Source: an uncultured Actinomycetes bacterium (GTDB lineage Bacteria; Actinomycetota; Thermoleophilia; Gaiellales; JAICJC01). From it: DNA of 64,000 bases. Every line of letters starts with the position of its first letter. The stretch's first letter is position 1. This document shows, piece by piece, positions 49,331-59,526 of the stretch. A program made the position numbers and the translations under genes. The notes beneath the pieces are model-generated. The model was given only the letters and a program-made list of their open reading frames with translations. It was not told the origin of the DNA and made no database searches. The stretch is taken from NCBI GenBank assembly GCA_963729195.1, contig CAVSNF010000004.1:25958-89957 (forward strand), in the 5' to 3' direction.

Positions 49331-51016
49331 CTAGTAGCTGCGAACAGCCGGCTGGTGCTCGGTGATGGTGACGGGCTTATAGTCGAGCCTGACCTGGCCG
49401 CCCGGATCGTGCCAGGTGAGCGTGTGTCGCAGCCAGTTGTCGTCGTCGCGCTCGGGATAGTCGAGACGGCTGTGTGCCCCCCGGCTCTCGGTCCGCGCGA
49501 TCGCTCCGGTAACCAGGCAGTCGGCCATCTCGAGCATGGAGCCCAGCTCAATCGCCTGGATCAGGTCGCTGTTGAAGGTGGTGCCCTTGTCCTGCACGAT
49601 CACCCCGGCGTCGTAGCGTTCGCGCAGCGCCGTGACCGTGTCCTTGCAGGCCTCGAGCTTCTCGGCGTTTCGGAAGATGCCGGCGTTCTCGTACATCACA
49701 TCGGCCAGCTCCTGGCGGATCGCCCGCGGTCGCTCGCCGTCGAAGTTGTAGAGCATCTCCCGAATCCGCTTGTCGGTGACCCGCACCGCTGAGGGTGAGA
49801 ACACCCCGCCGAGTCCGTTCTGGCGCACCTCCTGAGCTGCTGCGGCGCCGGATCGGCGGCCGAACACGATCGTCTCCAGAAGCGAGTTGCCGCCCAGCCG
49901 GTTGGCGCCGTGCACCGACACACAGGCACACTCGCCGGCGGCGTAGAGCCCCGGCATGATGGTGCGTCCGTCCACGTCGGTATCGATGCCGCCCATGTGG
50001 TAGTGGCTGCCCGGCCGCACCGGGATCGGCTCCTCGATCGGATCGACACCGGCGTAGTCCATCGCCAATTCGCGGGAGCCGTGCAACCGCTCCATGATCC
50101 GCTTGGCGCCCAGATGGGTGAGATCCAAAAGCACGCAGCCGTCGACTCCCCGACCCTCGTCGATCTCGGTCTGCTCCGACCGCGAGACAACGTCGCGGGA
50201 GGCCAGCTCGACCGCGTTGGGGGCGTAGTTGAACATGAACCGCTCGCCCTCGCCGTTGCGCAGGTACCCGCCCTCGCCGCGGCAGCCCTCGGTGATCAGC
50301 ACCCCGTTGGCCTTGAGCGTGGTGGGGTGAAACTGCATGAACTCCATGTCCTTCAGCGGGACACCCGCGCGCCAGGCCATCGACATGCCGTCGCCGGTGC
50401 AGGCATAGGCGTTGGTGGTGCCGCGGTAGATCCGCCCCAGCCCGCCGGTGGCGAGCACCACCGCGCCGGCCTCGACGCCCTGGACGCCGCCGTGCAGCAG
50501 GTCCCAGGCGGTGACGCCGACACAGCGCTCACCGTCGGTTACCAGGTCGAGCGCGAACCACTCCTCGTACACGGTCACGCCACTCTTGACCAGCTGCTCG
50601 TAGAGCACGTGCAGCAGCACGTGCCCGGTGATGTCCGCGGCGTAACAGGTGCGCGGCGCGCCGCCGGCACCGAACGGGCGCTGGGCGATCCGGCCGTCCT
50701 CGGTGCGCGAGAAAATCGCACCCATGTGCTCGAGCTCGTAGATGTCGCCCGGGCCCTCGGCGCACATCACCGCGATCGCGTCTTGATCGCCCAGGTAGTC
50801 CGAACCCTTGACCGTGAAGAAGGTGTGATTCTCGGGGCTGTCTTCGCCGGCGTTTCCGAGCGCGGCATTGATGCCGCCCTCGGCCGCTCCAGAGTGGCTG
50901 CGGGTGGGATGCAGCTTGGACACAACACCGACGTCGGCGCCGTACCTGGCCGCCTCAATCGCAGCGCGCATGCCCGCAAGCCCCGCGCCGACCACCACCA
51001 CGTCGTGTCGAACCAT
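49331..51016 (-). CDS. sdhA: Succinate dehydrogenase/fumarate reductase flavoprotein subunit
   Basis: [19 protein letters not shown]..., ...[14 protein letters not shown]..., ...FHPTTL..., ...RGEGG..., ...[13 protein letters not shown]... GGAGGTGG RBS before ATG 51016. Confidence 0.93.
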   Translation of the reverse strand: MVRHDVVVVGAGLAGMRAAIEAARYGADVGVVSKLHPTRSHSGAAEGGINAALGNAGEDSPENHTFFTVKGSDYLGDQDAIAVMCAEGPGDIYELEHMGAIFSRTEDGRIAQRPFGAGGAPRTCYAADITGHVLLHVLYEQLVKSGVTVYEEWFALDLVTDGERCVGVTAWDLLHGGVQGVEAGAVVLATGGLGRIYRGTTNAYACTGDGMSMAWRAGVPLKDMEFMQFHPTTLKANGVLITEGCRGEGGYLRNGEGERFMFNYAPNAVELASRDVVSRSEQTEIDEGRGVDGCVLLDLTHLGAKRIMERLHGSRELAMDYAGVDPIEEPIPVRPGSHYHMGGIDTDVDGRTIMPGLYAAGECACVSVHGANRLGGNSLLETIVFGRRSGAAAAQEVRQNGLGGVFSPSAVRVTDKRIREMLYNFDGERPRAIRQELADVMYENAGIFRNAEKLEACKDTVTALRERYDAGVIVQDKGTTFNSDLIQAIELGSMLEMADCLVTGAIARTESRGAHSRLDYPERDDDNWLRHTLTWHDPGGQVRLDYKPVTITEHQPAVRSY

Positions 51017-51192
51017 TCCACCTCCGCGAAGTACCGCGCCATCGGCGCCCAAAAGCAGCCTACCAAGCGGGGTCATGGGTCGCCGCAGCTGAGACTTTGT
51101 GACACAGCATGTGAGCGCAAGTTCTCACGGTTCTGGGGTAGACTGGCAAGACGTTCGTGGGTCCGCAGAAGTCGTTTAACGGGGGAGATCCC

Positions 51193-52737
51193 TTGGCGAA
51201 GATGGTGTTTGCACTGCCCGAGGCGCGCAGCGTGCTGCGCGACCTCACGCAGCCGGAGCTGCACGCCTTGGCCGCTCAACAGGCAACGGCCCGCTCCACC
51301 GACTACGGGGCGGTGAACGTCCACACCGAGGTGCTGGCACGCTCCAAGGCGTCCACCTACATCGTGTCCGACGAGCCTGATTCAGAGCCGCACCAGGCCA
51401 TCACCCGCGACGAGTGGGAGCGCATCTCCGCCGAACAGGACGCCTTCATCGGCGAGCACGAGATGGTGCAGGTCGACGGCTACATCGGCAACGACCCCGA
51501 CCGGCGAGTGCCCGCCCGGCTGTACGTCGAGCGCCGCAACATCAACATCGCCGCCATGCAGGACGTGCTCTATTTCCACAATTCCGACACCGAGCATGAA
51601 CCGGAGCTGCTGGTCATCTACACGCCGAATCTGGCCATGCCCGGCTACCCGGACGACCGGCTGATCGCGGTCAACCTGGATCTCAACGTCACCCGCGTCT
51701 TCAACTCCGACTACTTCGGCGAGTCGAAGAAGGGCGGGCTGCGGATGTGGAACAAGCTCGTCTACGATCGCGGCGGGCTGGCGCTGCACGCAGGATGCAA
51801 GGTGATTCCGACCGCCTCCGGGGCCAAGACCGGGCTGATCGTGGGCCTCTCCGGCACGGGCAAGACGACCACCACATTCACCCGCCAGAACGGCTCGCTG
51901 CCGGTGCAGGACGACTTCGTCGCGTGGTGGCCGGACGGGCGCGTGTCGGCGACCGAGGCCGGCTGCTTCGCCAAGACGTTTGCGCTCAACCCTCGGGACG
52001 AGCCGACCATCCACGGGGCGGTCACCAAGGCCGACGCCTACCTCGAGAACGTGTCGATGGATGACGACGGGGCGGTCGACTTCTTCGACGAGAGCTACAC
52101 CAAGAACGGCCGCGCGGTGTTCTCGTTCAACGCCATCGACGCCGCCGACGCAACCGTGATCGAGGCGGCCGACTTCCTGCTGGTGCTGAACAAGAACGAG
52201 AACGTAATCCCGGCCGTGGCCAAGATGAAGGGCCCGCAGGCGGCCGCCTTCTTCATGCTGGGCGAGACCACCGGCACCGCTGCCGGCGGTAGCGACGAGG
52301 AGGGCAAGTTCCTGCGCGTTCCGGGCACCAACCCGTTCTTCCCCATGCACCACGACAACCAGGGCAACCGCTTCCTGGAGCTGCTCGAGCGCAATCCCAT
52401 CGACGTGTACGTCATGAACACCGGACGGGTGGGCGGCAAGGAGGGCGTGGCGGGGTCGAAGAAGGTCAAGATCCCGCACTCGTCGGCAATCGTCGAGGCG
52501 ATCGCCGAAGGCACCATCGAGTGGGAAACCGACCCCGACTTCGGCTATCTGGTCGCGGCCCGGGTGCCCGGCATCGACGCGGAGGACATCGACATCCTGC
52601 AGCCCCGGCGGTTGTACGAGGCGACCGGGCGATCCGACGAGTACGCCCAGCGGGTGGGGCAGCTGAAGACCGAGCGGGCCGAGTTCCTGGCCCAGTTCCC
52701 AAGCTTGTCGCGCGAGATCGTGGACTCGGTCGGGTAG
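51193..52737 (+). CDS. pckA: Phosphoenolpyruvate carboxykinase (ATP); start uncertain (51157, 51193 TTG or 51202 ATG)
   Basis: ...LHAGCKVIP..., kinase-1a GLSGTGKTTTTF, ...QDDFVAWW..., ...NTGRVGG... Intact ORF. Confidence 0.9.
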   Translation: MAKMVFALPEARSVLRDLTQPELHALAAQQATARSTDYGAVNVHTEVLARSKASTYIVSDEPDSEPHQAITRDEWERISAEQDAFIGEHEMVQVDGYIGNDPDRRVPARLYVERRNINIAAMQDVLYFHNSDTEHEPELLVIYTPNLAMPGYPDDRLIAVNLDLNVTRVFNSDYFGESKKGGLRMWNKLVYDRGGLALHAGCKVIPTASGAKTGLIVGLSGTGKTTTTFTRQNGSLPVQDDFVAWWPDGRVSATEAGCFAKTFALNPRDEPTIHGAVTKADAYLENVSMDDDGAVDFFDESYTKNGRAVFSFNAIDAADATVIEAADFLLVLNKNENVIPAVAKMKGPQAAAFFMLGETTGTAAGGSDEEGKFLRVPGTNPFFPMHHDNQGNRFLELLERNPIDVYVMNTGRVGGKEGVAGSKKVKIPHSSAIVEAIAEGTIEWETDPDFGYLVAARVPGIDAEDIDILQPRRLYEATGRSDEYAQRVGQLKTERAEFLAQFPSLSREIVDSVG

Positions 52738-52745
52738 CGGAGCGT

Positions 52746-53057
52746 TTGCCACCGTCCGAGACCAAGGTCGAGGTCCAGCGCACCGCCCGTGGCTTCGAGA
52801 ACGCCGTCAACGAGCACGACTCCGCGCGCCAGCGCGACCACTTCTCGGCCGAGTTCGCCGAGCGCGACAACGACCTGGGACCGCTGCTCGCCCAAACGAC
52901 CCGGGCCGAGCTGATCGGCACGGTGGCCAACCGCACGCTGTTCCAGCTGCACCTGGACGACGGCGACACCAACGTGGTGGAACTCTTGTGGCGCGACCAC
53001 GACGGCCCCTGGAAGATCCATGACTGCCGCGTGTTCACCCTCCTGCCGGGAATCTGA
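52746..53057 (+). CDS. Hypothetical protein (about 103 aa; possibly NTF2/SnoaL-like fold)
   Basis: Tail of ORF 52521..53057 after the pckA stop, TTG 52746. Coding-like codon bias. No family recognised. Confidence 0.3.
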   Translation: MPPSETKVEVQRTARGFENAVNEHDSARQRDHFSAEFAERDNDLGPLLAQTTRAELIGTVANRTLFQLHLDDGDTNVVELLWRDHDGPWKIHDCRVFTLLPGI

Positions 53058-53144
53058 GCATAACCGGGAAAGCCGGTAAATAGGAGGATTTTCTCGGGTT
53101 TCGGGGTATCGTTTAAGCCCCAAGACAGGCGAGGAACTCACGCG

Positions 53145-54026
53145 ATGGCACCACCACGAGCGATCTGGACCGGCAGCATCTCCTTCGGACTGGTCAATGC
53201 CCCAGTGCGCATGTACACGGCCACCACCGAGAAGACGCTTCGGTTCAACCAGCTACACCAGCCCGACGGCGGCCGCATCGGCTACCAGAAGGTGTGCAAG
53301 ATCGACAACGAGGTCGTGCCCGCCGAAGAGATCGTGCGCGCCTACGACGTCGGCGGCGGCGAGTTCGTCGAGGTCACCGACGAGGACTTTGCGGCCGCCG
53401 CGGAGGCCGCCCACCGGGTGATCACGATCCACGATTTCGTCCCGGCCACCGAGATCGACCCGATCTACTTCGAGAAGACCTACTACCTGGGGCCTCAGGA
53501 GGGAGCGGGCGAGTCGATCTACGCCCTGCTCGCCGAGGCGATGGAGAAATCCGGCCTGTCGGCGGTTGCCACCTACGTGCACCACGACCGCGAGCACCTC
53601 GTCTGCCTGCGCATCCGCGACGGCGTGATCACGCTGGAGCGCATGTTCTTCTCCGACGAGATCCGCGCGCCGGAGGGGATCGTCCCCGCAGGCGCCAAGG
53701 TGGACAAGCGCCAGCTGGCGATGGCCAACGACCTGATCAAGGCCTACACCGGGACGTTCGACCCCACCCAGTACGTCGATACCTATCGGGAGCGGCTGCT
53801 GGCCGTGATCGAGGCCAAGCGCGGCGGAACCACGGTCAAGGCCAAGGCGGCTGAGAAGGCGACCGCTCCGCCCGACCTGATGGCGGCGCTGACCGCATCG
53901 CTCGACCAGGCCCGGGATGCCCGCGAGGCCCGCACGAAGCAGGCCAAGGCAGCTCCCAAGCGGACTAAAGCCGGGGCAGGCGCTGGCGGTTCGAAAGCAC
54001 CGGCGCGTAAACGTCGCAGCGCCTGA
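53145..54026 (+). CDS. ku: Non-homologous end-joining protein Ku
   Basis: MAPPRAIWTGSISFGLVNAPVRMYTAT..., ...IDPIYFEKTYYLGP..., and a basic Lys/Ala-rich C-terminal tail. Intact. Confidence 0.92.
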   Translation: MAPPRAIWTGSISFGLVNAPVRMYTATTEKTLRFNQLHQPDGGRIGYQKVCKIDNEVVPAEEIVRAYDVGGGEFVEVTDEDFAAAAEAAHRVITIHDFVPATEIDPIYFEKTYYLGPQEGAGESIYALLAEAMEKSGLSAVATYVHHDREHLVCLRIRDGVITLERMFFSDEIRAPEGIVPAGAKVDKRQLAMANDLIKAYTGTFDPTQYVDTYRERLLAVIEAKRGGTTVKAKAAEKATAPPDLMAALTASLDQARDAREARTKQAKAAPKRTKAGAGAGGSKAPARKRRSA

Positions 54027-55693
54027 GCCGGTCGCGCACGCGATCCATCGTGAAACTGGCAAGGTCGAGCTGCGGCTCGACCTCGTCCCACTCCAGCGGA
54101 GCCGACACCAGCGCCGCGGGCACCGGCCGCACCGAGTACACCGTCGCGGTGGTGCGGCCGTAGCCGTTCTGGTTGGCGTCGATCAGCACGCCGTGCCGGC
54201 GTGAGCGCTGCCACTCGGTGGTGACCAGCTCGGGCGCGGTGTGTGCCAGCGCCCGTGCGATCGCGTGGGCGAAGTCGCGCACGGTGTCCTGGTCGTAGCG
54301 GCGGGCGATCGGGACGAGCACGTGGATCCCGCGTGAGCCGGAGGTCTTGGGATAGCCCTCCAGGTCGAGCGCGTGCAGTGCTGTGCGAAGCAGCAGGGCG
54401 ACCTCGACCACCGCGCCGAACTCGGTGCCCTCGGCCGGGTCGAGGTCGAACACCACCCAGTCGGGCCGGTCGGGGCGGTCTGCCCGAGCGCTCCACGCGT
54501 TCATGTCGATGCAGCCCATGTTCACCATCCAGGCCAGCGCGTCGGGCGAGTCGACGATCGGGAATCCGATTCCCTCCTGGTCAGAGCGGGTGATCCAGTC
54601 GGGCATGTGCGAGGGCGCGTCCTTCTGGAAGAAGTGCTTGCCGTGGATGCCGTCGGGATACCGCTTCATCGTGAACGGCCTGGCCCGCAGGTGCTCGACC
54701 AGCGCCGGGGCCACGTCCAGGTAGTAGGAGATCAGCTCGCCCTTGGTGATCCCGAGCTCGGGGAAGAACACCTTGTCGGGATTGGTCGGCGTGAACCGAG
54801 TCGGTGCCGGTGGCGGCGCCTGGCCGGTGTCGAGGCCGATGTAGACCGGCGCGCGCAGACGCCCCTGCGCCGTTCGCTCGGCGTACTCCACCTCGCAGCG
54901 AAGCGTCGGCTGTACCCAGGTGACCCGCCCGGGACGGGTGCGGACGACCTGCGCGGTGTCGGTCTCCAGCGGCTTCAGCAGCGCCGTCAGGCGGTCGAGC
55001 TCGTCGTCGGAGAAGCCCGTGCCCACATCTCCGCGCCACTCGAGTGCCCCCGCCACCGACTCGGCCAGCACCAGCGCGCCGAATCCGGCACGCGAGCCGG
55101 TGCCCGCGGTGTAGCCGGCGATGGTGAAGGTGTCGCGCTGCTTCAGCTTCAGCTTGAGCCAGTCGCGGGTGCGGCTGCCGGGGCGGTACAGCGAGCCCGA
55201 TCGCTTGATCATGACCCCCTCCAGGCCGCGGCGCTGAGCCTCGGCCAGAAGCGCCGGACCGTCGTCGTAGCTGTGGGAGATCCGCACCACCGGCCCCGGC
55301 GTGACCAGCCGGCTGAGCAGCTCTCGCCGCTCCTCCAGCGGCAGCCGGGTGACATCGCGGCCGTCGAGTTCCAACAGGTCGAAGCAGAAGGCCGCCAGCG
55401 TGCCCTCGCCGGCCTGGAGCAGGGAGAAGCTGGAGTGGCCCTGCGCGTCCAGCGCACACACCTCGGTGTCGATCACGCAGGGCGCGCGCCACCGCCGCGG
55501 GAAGCGCCTCGGCCACCGGCTCGAACCTGGCGGCGTAGTCGTGCCCGCCGCGGCTCCAGAGCCGTACTTCGGACTCGCGCAGATCGGCGATCATGCGGTA
55601 CCCGTCGAGCTTCAGCTCGTACACCCAGCCGCTGCCGGGGGGCAACGCTTTGGTGGTGGAGGCGAGCATCGGCAGTGGGTGTGTCGACGGCAT
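53965..55693 (-). CDS. ligD: ATP-dependent DNA ligase D (ligase domain + C-terminal primase-polymerase domain; no phosphoesterase domain seen); apparent frameshift near 55482
   Basis: MPSTHPLPMLAS...WVYELKLDGYR (motif I KxDG, ORF 54581..55822) joins CVIDTEVCALD...EGVMIKR...WLKLK... then the LigD-Pol region ...KRYPDGIHGKHFFQKD...SGSRGIHVLVP... (ORF 53965..55476). The 3' end overlaps ku by 62 nt. Confidence 0.88.
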
Positions 55694-55721
55694 CGGCGTC
55701 TGCGATGCTAATCCTTCGCCG

Positions 55722-56216
55722 ATGACGATCCGCGACCGCATCAATGGGCAACTGGTGGTTCTGGCCCCGCTCAACGTCGCGGACGCCCCCGCCTGGGCGC
55801 GCTGGCTGAACGATCCCGACACGACCCGCTACCTGTACGGCAGGCGGGGCGCCCCCGAGGAGCAGCCCACCGTCGACCAGATGCTCGAGTGGGGGCGGCG
55901 GATGCTGGCCGACCCGTGGCGGATGGCCGTGGGGCTGGAGGTACGAGGCGGCGGCACGGTGATCGGAAACGCACGCCTGACCCCGCACGGGCCGCGCCGG
56001 GCGCGGTTCTCGATCGTGATCGGCGAGGCCGAGCATCGCGGCCGCGGCATCGGCACCGAGGCCACCCGGATGATGGCCCAGCTCGGATTCGAGCGGCTCG
56101 ACCTGCGCGAGATCGTGCTGGACGTCGACCCCCGCAACGAAGCCGGCCGGCGCGCCTACCTGACCGCCGGCTTCACCCCCGGCCGCGGCGACTCCATGAC
56201 CCTCCGCCGTGAATAA
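55722..56216 (+). CDS. GNAT family N-acetyltransferase (RimJ/RimL-like)
   Basis: MTIRDRINGQLVVLAPLNVADAPAWARWLNDPDTTRYL...IGEAEHRGRGIGTEATRMMAQLGFERLDLREIVLDVDPRNEAGRRAYLTAGF... TAA stop lies inside palindrome copy 8. Confidence 0.8.
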   Translation: MTIRDRINGQLVVLAPLNVADAPAWARWLNDPDTTRYLYGRRGAPEEQPTVDQMLEWGRRMLADPWRMAVGLEVRGGGTVIGNARLTPHGPRRARFSIVIGEAEHRGRGIGTEATRMMAQLGFERLDLREIVLDVDPRNEAGRRAYLTAGFTPGRGDSMTLRRE

Positions 56217-56239
56217 CGGTGCCAGGCACCGTTATTCAC
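56209..56239. repeat. Palindromic element copy 8: GTGAATAACGGTGCC-A-GGCACCGTTATTCAC
   Basis: Read directly, between the GNAT stop (56214-56216, inside) and the reconstructed citrate synthase stop (56241-56243). Confidence 0.95.
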
Positions 56240-56240
56240 C

Positions 56241-57381
56241 TCACGCTACAGCAGGCTCGTCCGTGCGCTCTTCGATCGGCTGGTAGGGGCGCACCGGCGG
56301 GGCCGACGTACTCTGAACTCGGCCGGATCAGCCGGTTGTCGGCGTGCTGCTCCATCACGTGCGCGGCCCAGCCCACCACCCGGCTCATGGCGAAGATGGG
56401 CGTGAACAGCCCGGTCTCGATGCCGAGGTAGTGGTAGGTCGACGCTGAGTAGAAGTCGACGTTGGGATAGAGGCCCTTCTGCTCGAGCACGACGTGCTCG
56501 ATGTGGTCGGACATGTTGAACCACTGCGGCTCGTCGGACTCCTCCGACAAGCCCTTGGAGAACCGCTTGAGGATCACCGCCCGGGGATCGAAGGTCTTGT
56601 ACACCCGATGCCCGAAGCCCATGATCCGCTCGCGCCGTTCCAGCCGGGCGCGGATCTCCTCGTCCACGCGGTCGTCGCCGCCGATCGCCTGCAGCAGCTT
56701 CATCACCTGCTCGTTGGCGCCGCCGTGCAGCGGCCCCTTGAGCGCGCCGATGGCGCCGGTGATGGCGGAGTGCATGTCCGACAGCGTGGAGGCGATCACA
56801 CGGGCGGTGAAGGTGGACGCGTTCATCTCGTGGTCGGCGTGCAGAATCAGGGCAACGTCAAACGTCTTTGCGGCGGCCGGGCTGGGCTGCTCACCGGCCA
56901 GCATGTGCAGGAAGTTGGCCGCATGCGACAGCCCCGGGTCGGGCGCCACCGGATCCAGTCCGCGACGGCGACGGTCGTACCGCGCCACCATCGTCGGCAT
57001 CTTCGCGATCAGGCGGGTGGCCTTGGCGAAGTTGGCGTCCACGGCGTTCGAATTCTTGTCGGGATCGTCGAACGAGTCCGACGACACGGCAGTTCGCAGC
57101 ATCTCCATCGGCTCGGCGTGATCGGCCAGCATGTCGACCACCGAGGCGGTCTCGGGCGACAGCTCGCGGGCGTCGGCCAGAGCCGAGGTGAACGCCTTCA
57201 GCTCGGCCACGGTGGGCAGATGCCCGCGCAGAATCAGGAAACACACCTCTTCGTAGGTGGAATGCTCCGCGAGGTCGCCGACGTCGTACCCGCCGTAGAT
57301 CAGAACGCCGTTCTGACCGTCGATCGAGCACAGGCGGCTGCGCGCAACCACCACACCTTCGAGTCCACCTTTGTCTGCCAT
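56241..57381 (-). CDS. gltA: Citrate synthase (small, CitZ/GltA2 type); apparent frameshift near 56287 (C-run)
   Basis: MADKGGLEGVVVARSRLCSIDG..., ...ALILHADHEMNAST..., ...LKGPLHGGANE..., ...GFGHRVYK..., ...NVDFYSA... The C-terminus in the shifted frame reads YQPIEERTDEPAVA*. ORF 56236..58419 upstream of Met is antisense to icd. Confidence 0.9.
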
Positions 57382-57489
57382 GCGCGACCCTCCGCCGTGT
57401 CCTTGAGTGCTCTTGCGACTTCGACCCAATCCTAGCGTTCGTGCAAGAATCGCCCGGCCAGCCACCCTCAACCTTGTGGGAGTTTTCAC

Positions 57490-58587
57490 GTGAGTCATCG
57501 AGTCACCCTGATACCCGGAGATGGAACCGGGCCCGAGATCGCTGAAGCTACTCGCCGAGTGATCGACGCAACCGGTGTCCGGATTGAATGGGATGTCCAG
57601 GATGCGGGCGCCGATGTGATGGACAGGTTCGGCGGAAATCCGCTCCCCGATCACGTGCTCGACTCGATCAGGCAGAACGGCGTGGCCATCAAAGGGCCGA
57701 TCACGACGCCGGTCGGCACCGGATTCCGATCGGTCAACGTGGCGCTCCGCAAGGAGCTCGACATGTACGCCCAGGTGCGGCCCTGCAAGATCTACCCAGG
57801 CGTGCGCACCCGCTACGCCGATACGCCCGTCGACCTGGTGATCGTGCGCGAGAACACCGAGGATCTGTACGCCGGGATCGAGTTCGAGCGCGGCTCGCTG
57901 GGCGCCCGCGAGGTGGCCGCCGCGATCGAGAGCGCAAGCGGCGCGCACATTCGCGACGACGCCGGCATCTCGATCAAGCCGATCTCGGAGTTCGGCACCC
58001 GCCGGGTGGTGCAGTTCGCGTTCGATTACGCCCGTGCCCGCGGCCGCAAGAAGGTCACCTCGGTGCACAAGGCCAACATCATGAAACACACCGACGGCCT
58101 GTGGCTGGAGGTGTCCCGCGAGGTGGCGGAGAAGAACACCGACATCGAGTTCGAAGACCGGATCGTCGACAACATGTGCATGCAGCTGGTGCAAAAGCCC
58201 GAGCTGTACGACGTGCTGGTGCTGCCCAACCTCTACGGCGACATCGTCTCCGACCTCTGCGCCGGCCTGATCGGCGGCCTGGGGGTGGCGCCGGGCGCGA
58301 ACTTCGGCACCCACGCCGCGGTGTTCGAGCCGACCCACGGCTCGGCTCCCAAGTACGCGGGCCAGAACAAGGTCAATCCGATTGCGATGATGCTCTCCGG
58401 TGTACTCATGCTCCAGCACCTCGAGGAGCGCGCCGCCGCCGACCGGCTGGAGTCTGCGATCGCGGCGGTGATCGCCGAAGGCAAAAACGTCACCTACGAC
58501 ATGAAGCCACCGGGTGCGGCCGACACCGCAGTCGGCACCTCTCAGGTGGCAGATGCAATCATCGAGCAGTTGGGGGAAGTGGCATGA
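57490..58587 (+). CDS. icd: Isocitrate/isopropylmalate dehydrogenase family enzyme, probable NAD(P)-isocitrate dehydrogenase
   Basis: [17 protein letters not shown]..., ...[15 protein letters not shown]..., ...[25 protein letters not shown]... Context: coupled to mdh (ATGA) and divergent from citrate synthase. Confidence 0.82.
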   Translation: MSHRVTLIPGDGTGPEIAEATRRVIDATGVRIEWDVQDAGADVMDRFGGNPLPDHVLDSIRQNGVAIKGPITTPVGTGFRSVNVALRKELDMYAQVRPCKIYPGVRTRYADTPVDLVIVRENTEDLYAGIEFERGSLGAREVAAAIESASGAHIRDDAGISIKPISEFGTRRVVQFAFDYARARGRKKVTSVHKANIMKHTDGLWLEVSREVAEKNTDIEFEDRIVDNMCMQLVQKPELYDVLVLPNLYGDIVSDLCAGLIGGLGVAPGANFGTHAAVFEPTHGSAPKYAGQNKVNPIAMMLSGVLMLQHLEERAAADRLESAIAAVIAEGKNVTYDMKPPGAADTAVGTSQVADAIIEQLGEVA

Positions 58588-59513
58588 GGCGAGAGAAGAT
58601 CACCGTGGTCGGAGCCGGCAACGTCGGCGCCACCACCGCACAGCGACTGGCCGAGCGCGACTACGCCGACGTGGTGTTGGTGGACATCGTGGAGGGGCTG
58701 CCGCAGGGCAAGGCACTGGACATGAACGAGGCCGGCCCGGTGGTGGGCTACGAGCCCAACGTGGTCGGCTCCAACGGCTACGAGGAGACCGCCGGATCAG
58801 CGATCTGCGTGATCACCTCCGGCCGCGCGCGCACGCCGGGCATGAGCCGCGACGACCTGCTCAAGACCAATCAGGCGATCGTGTCGGACGTGACCAAGAA
58901 TCTGGTGGAGCGCTCACCGGACACCATCCTGATCGTCGTCACCAACCCGCTGGACGCGATGTGTCAGGTGGCGTTCCAGCAGGCCGGGTTTCCCCGCGAG
59001 CGGGTGATCGGCATGGCCGGCGTGCTCGACACCGCCCGGTTTCGCACCTTCCTGGCCTGGGAGCTGGGCGTGTCGGTCAAGGATGTCACCGGGTTCGTGC
59101 TCGGCGGGCATGGCGATCAGATGGTGCCGGTGACGTCCAACACCAATGTGGCCGGCATCCCCATCACCGACCTGATCGAGCCGGAGCGGCTTGCCGAGAT
59201 CGTGCAGCGCACCCGCGACGGCGGCGCCGAGGTGGTCAAGCTGCTGAAGTCCGGCTCGGCCTACTACGCGCCGTCGGCCTCGATCTGCGAGATGGTCGAC
59301 TCGATCGTGCTCGACCAGCAGCGGGTACTGCCCGCTGCGGCACTGCTGCAGGGCGAATACGGACTCAACGGGCTGTACATGGGTGTGCCCTGTCGGTTGG
59401 GTTCCCGCGGACTGGAGCACGTCTACGAGGTCGAGCTGACCACCGAGGAGCAGTCCGAGCTGAATCGCTCAGCGGACGCGGTTCGCGAGCTCATCGATGT
59501 GATGGGCCTCTGA
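58584..59513 (+). CDS. mdh: Malate dehydrogenase (LDH-like family)
   Basis: [20 protein letters not shown]..., ...[17 protein letters not shown]..., ...VVTNPLD..., ...GGHGDQMVP... Intact 309 aa. Confidence 0.92.
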   Translation: MRREKITVVGAGNVGATTAQRLAERDYADVVLVDIVEGLPQGKALDMNEAGPVVGYEPNVVGSNGYEETAGSAICVITSGRARTPGMSRDDLLKTNQAIVSDVTKNLVERSPDTILIVVTNPLDAMCQVAFQQAGFPRERVIGMAGVLDTARFRTFLAWELGVSVKDVTGFVLGGHGDQMVPVTSNTNVAGIPITDLIEPERLAEIVQRTRDGGAEVVKLLKSGSAYYAPSASICEMVDSIVLDQQRVLPAAALLQGEYGLNGLYMGVPCRLGSRGLEHVYEVELTTEEQSELNRSADAVRELIDVMGL

Positions 59514-59526
59514 GCACCACGGCCAC

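Noticed and set aside
51098-51128. A CRP/GlxR-like site in the sdhA/pckA divergent region (TGTGA at 51098 and 51110, GTGAG-N8-CTCAC at 51111-51128).
   Set aside because: The spacing does not fit the TGTGA-N6-TCACA consensus and the half-sites are only 5 bp. Chance occurrence cannot be excluded without comparative data.
56236-58419. A 727-aa ORF spanning the citrate synthase gene and extending upstream.
   Set aside because: The N-terminal 340 aa are antisense to the icd gene and are low-complexity. Citrate synthase homology starts at Met (ATG 57381).
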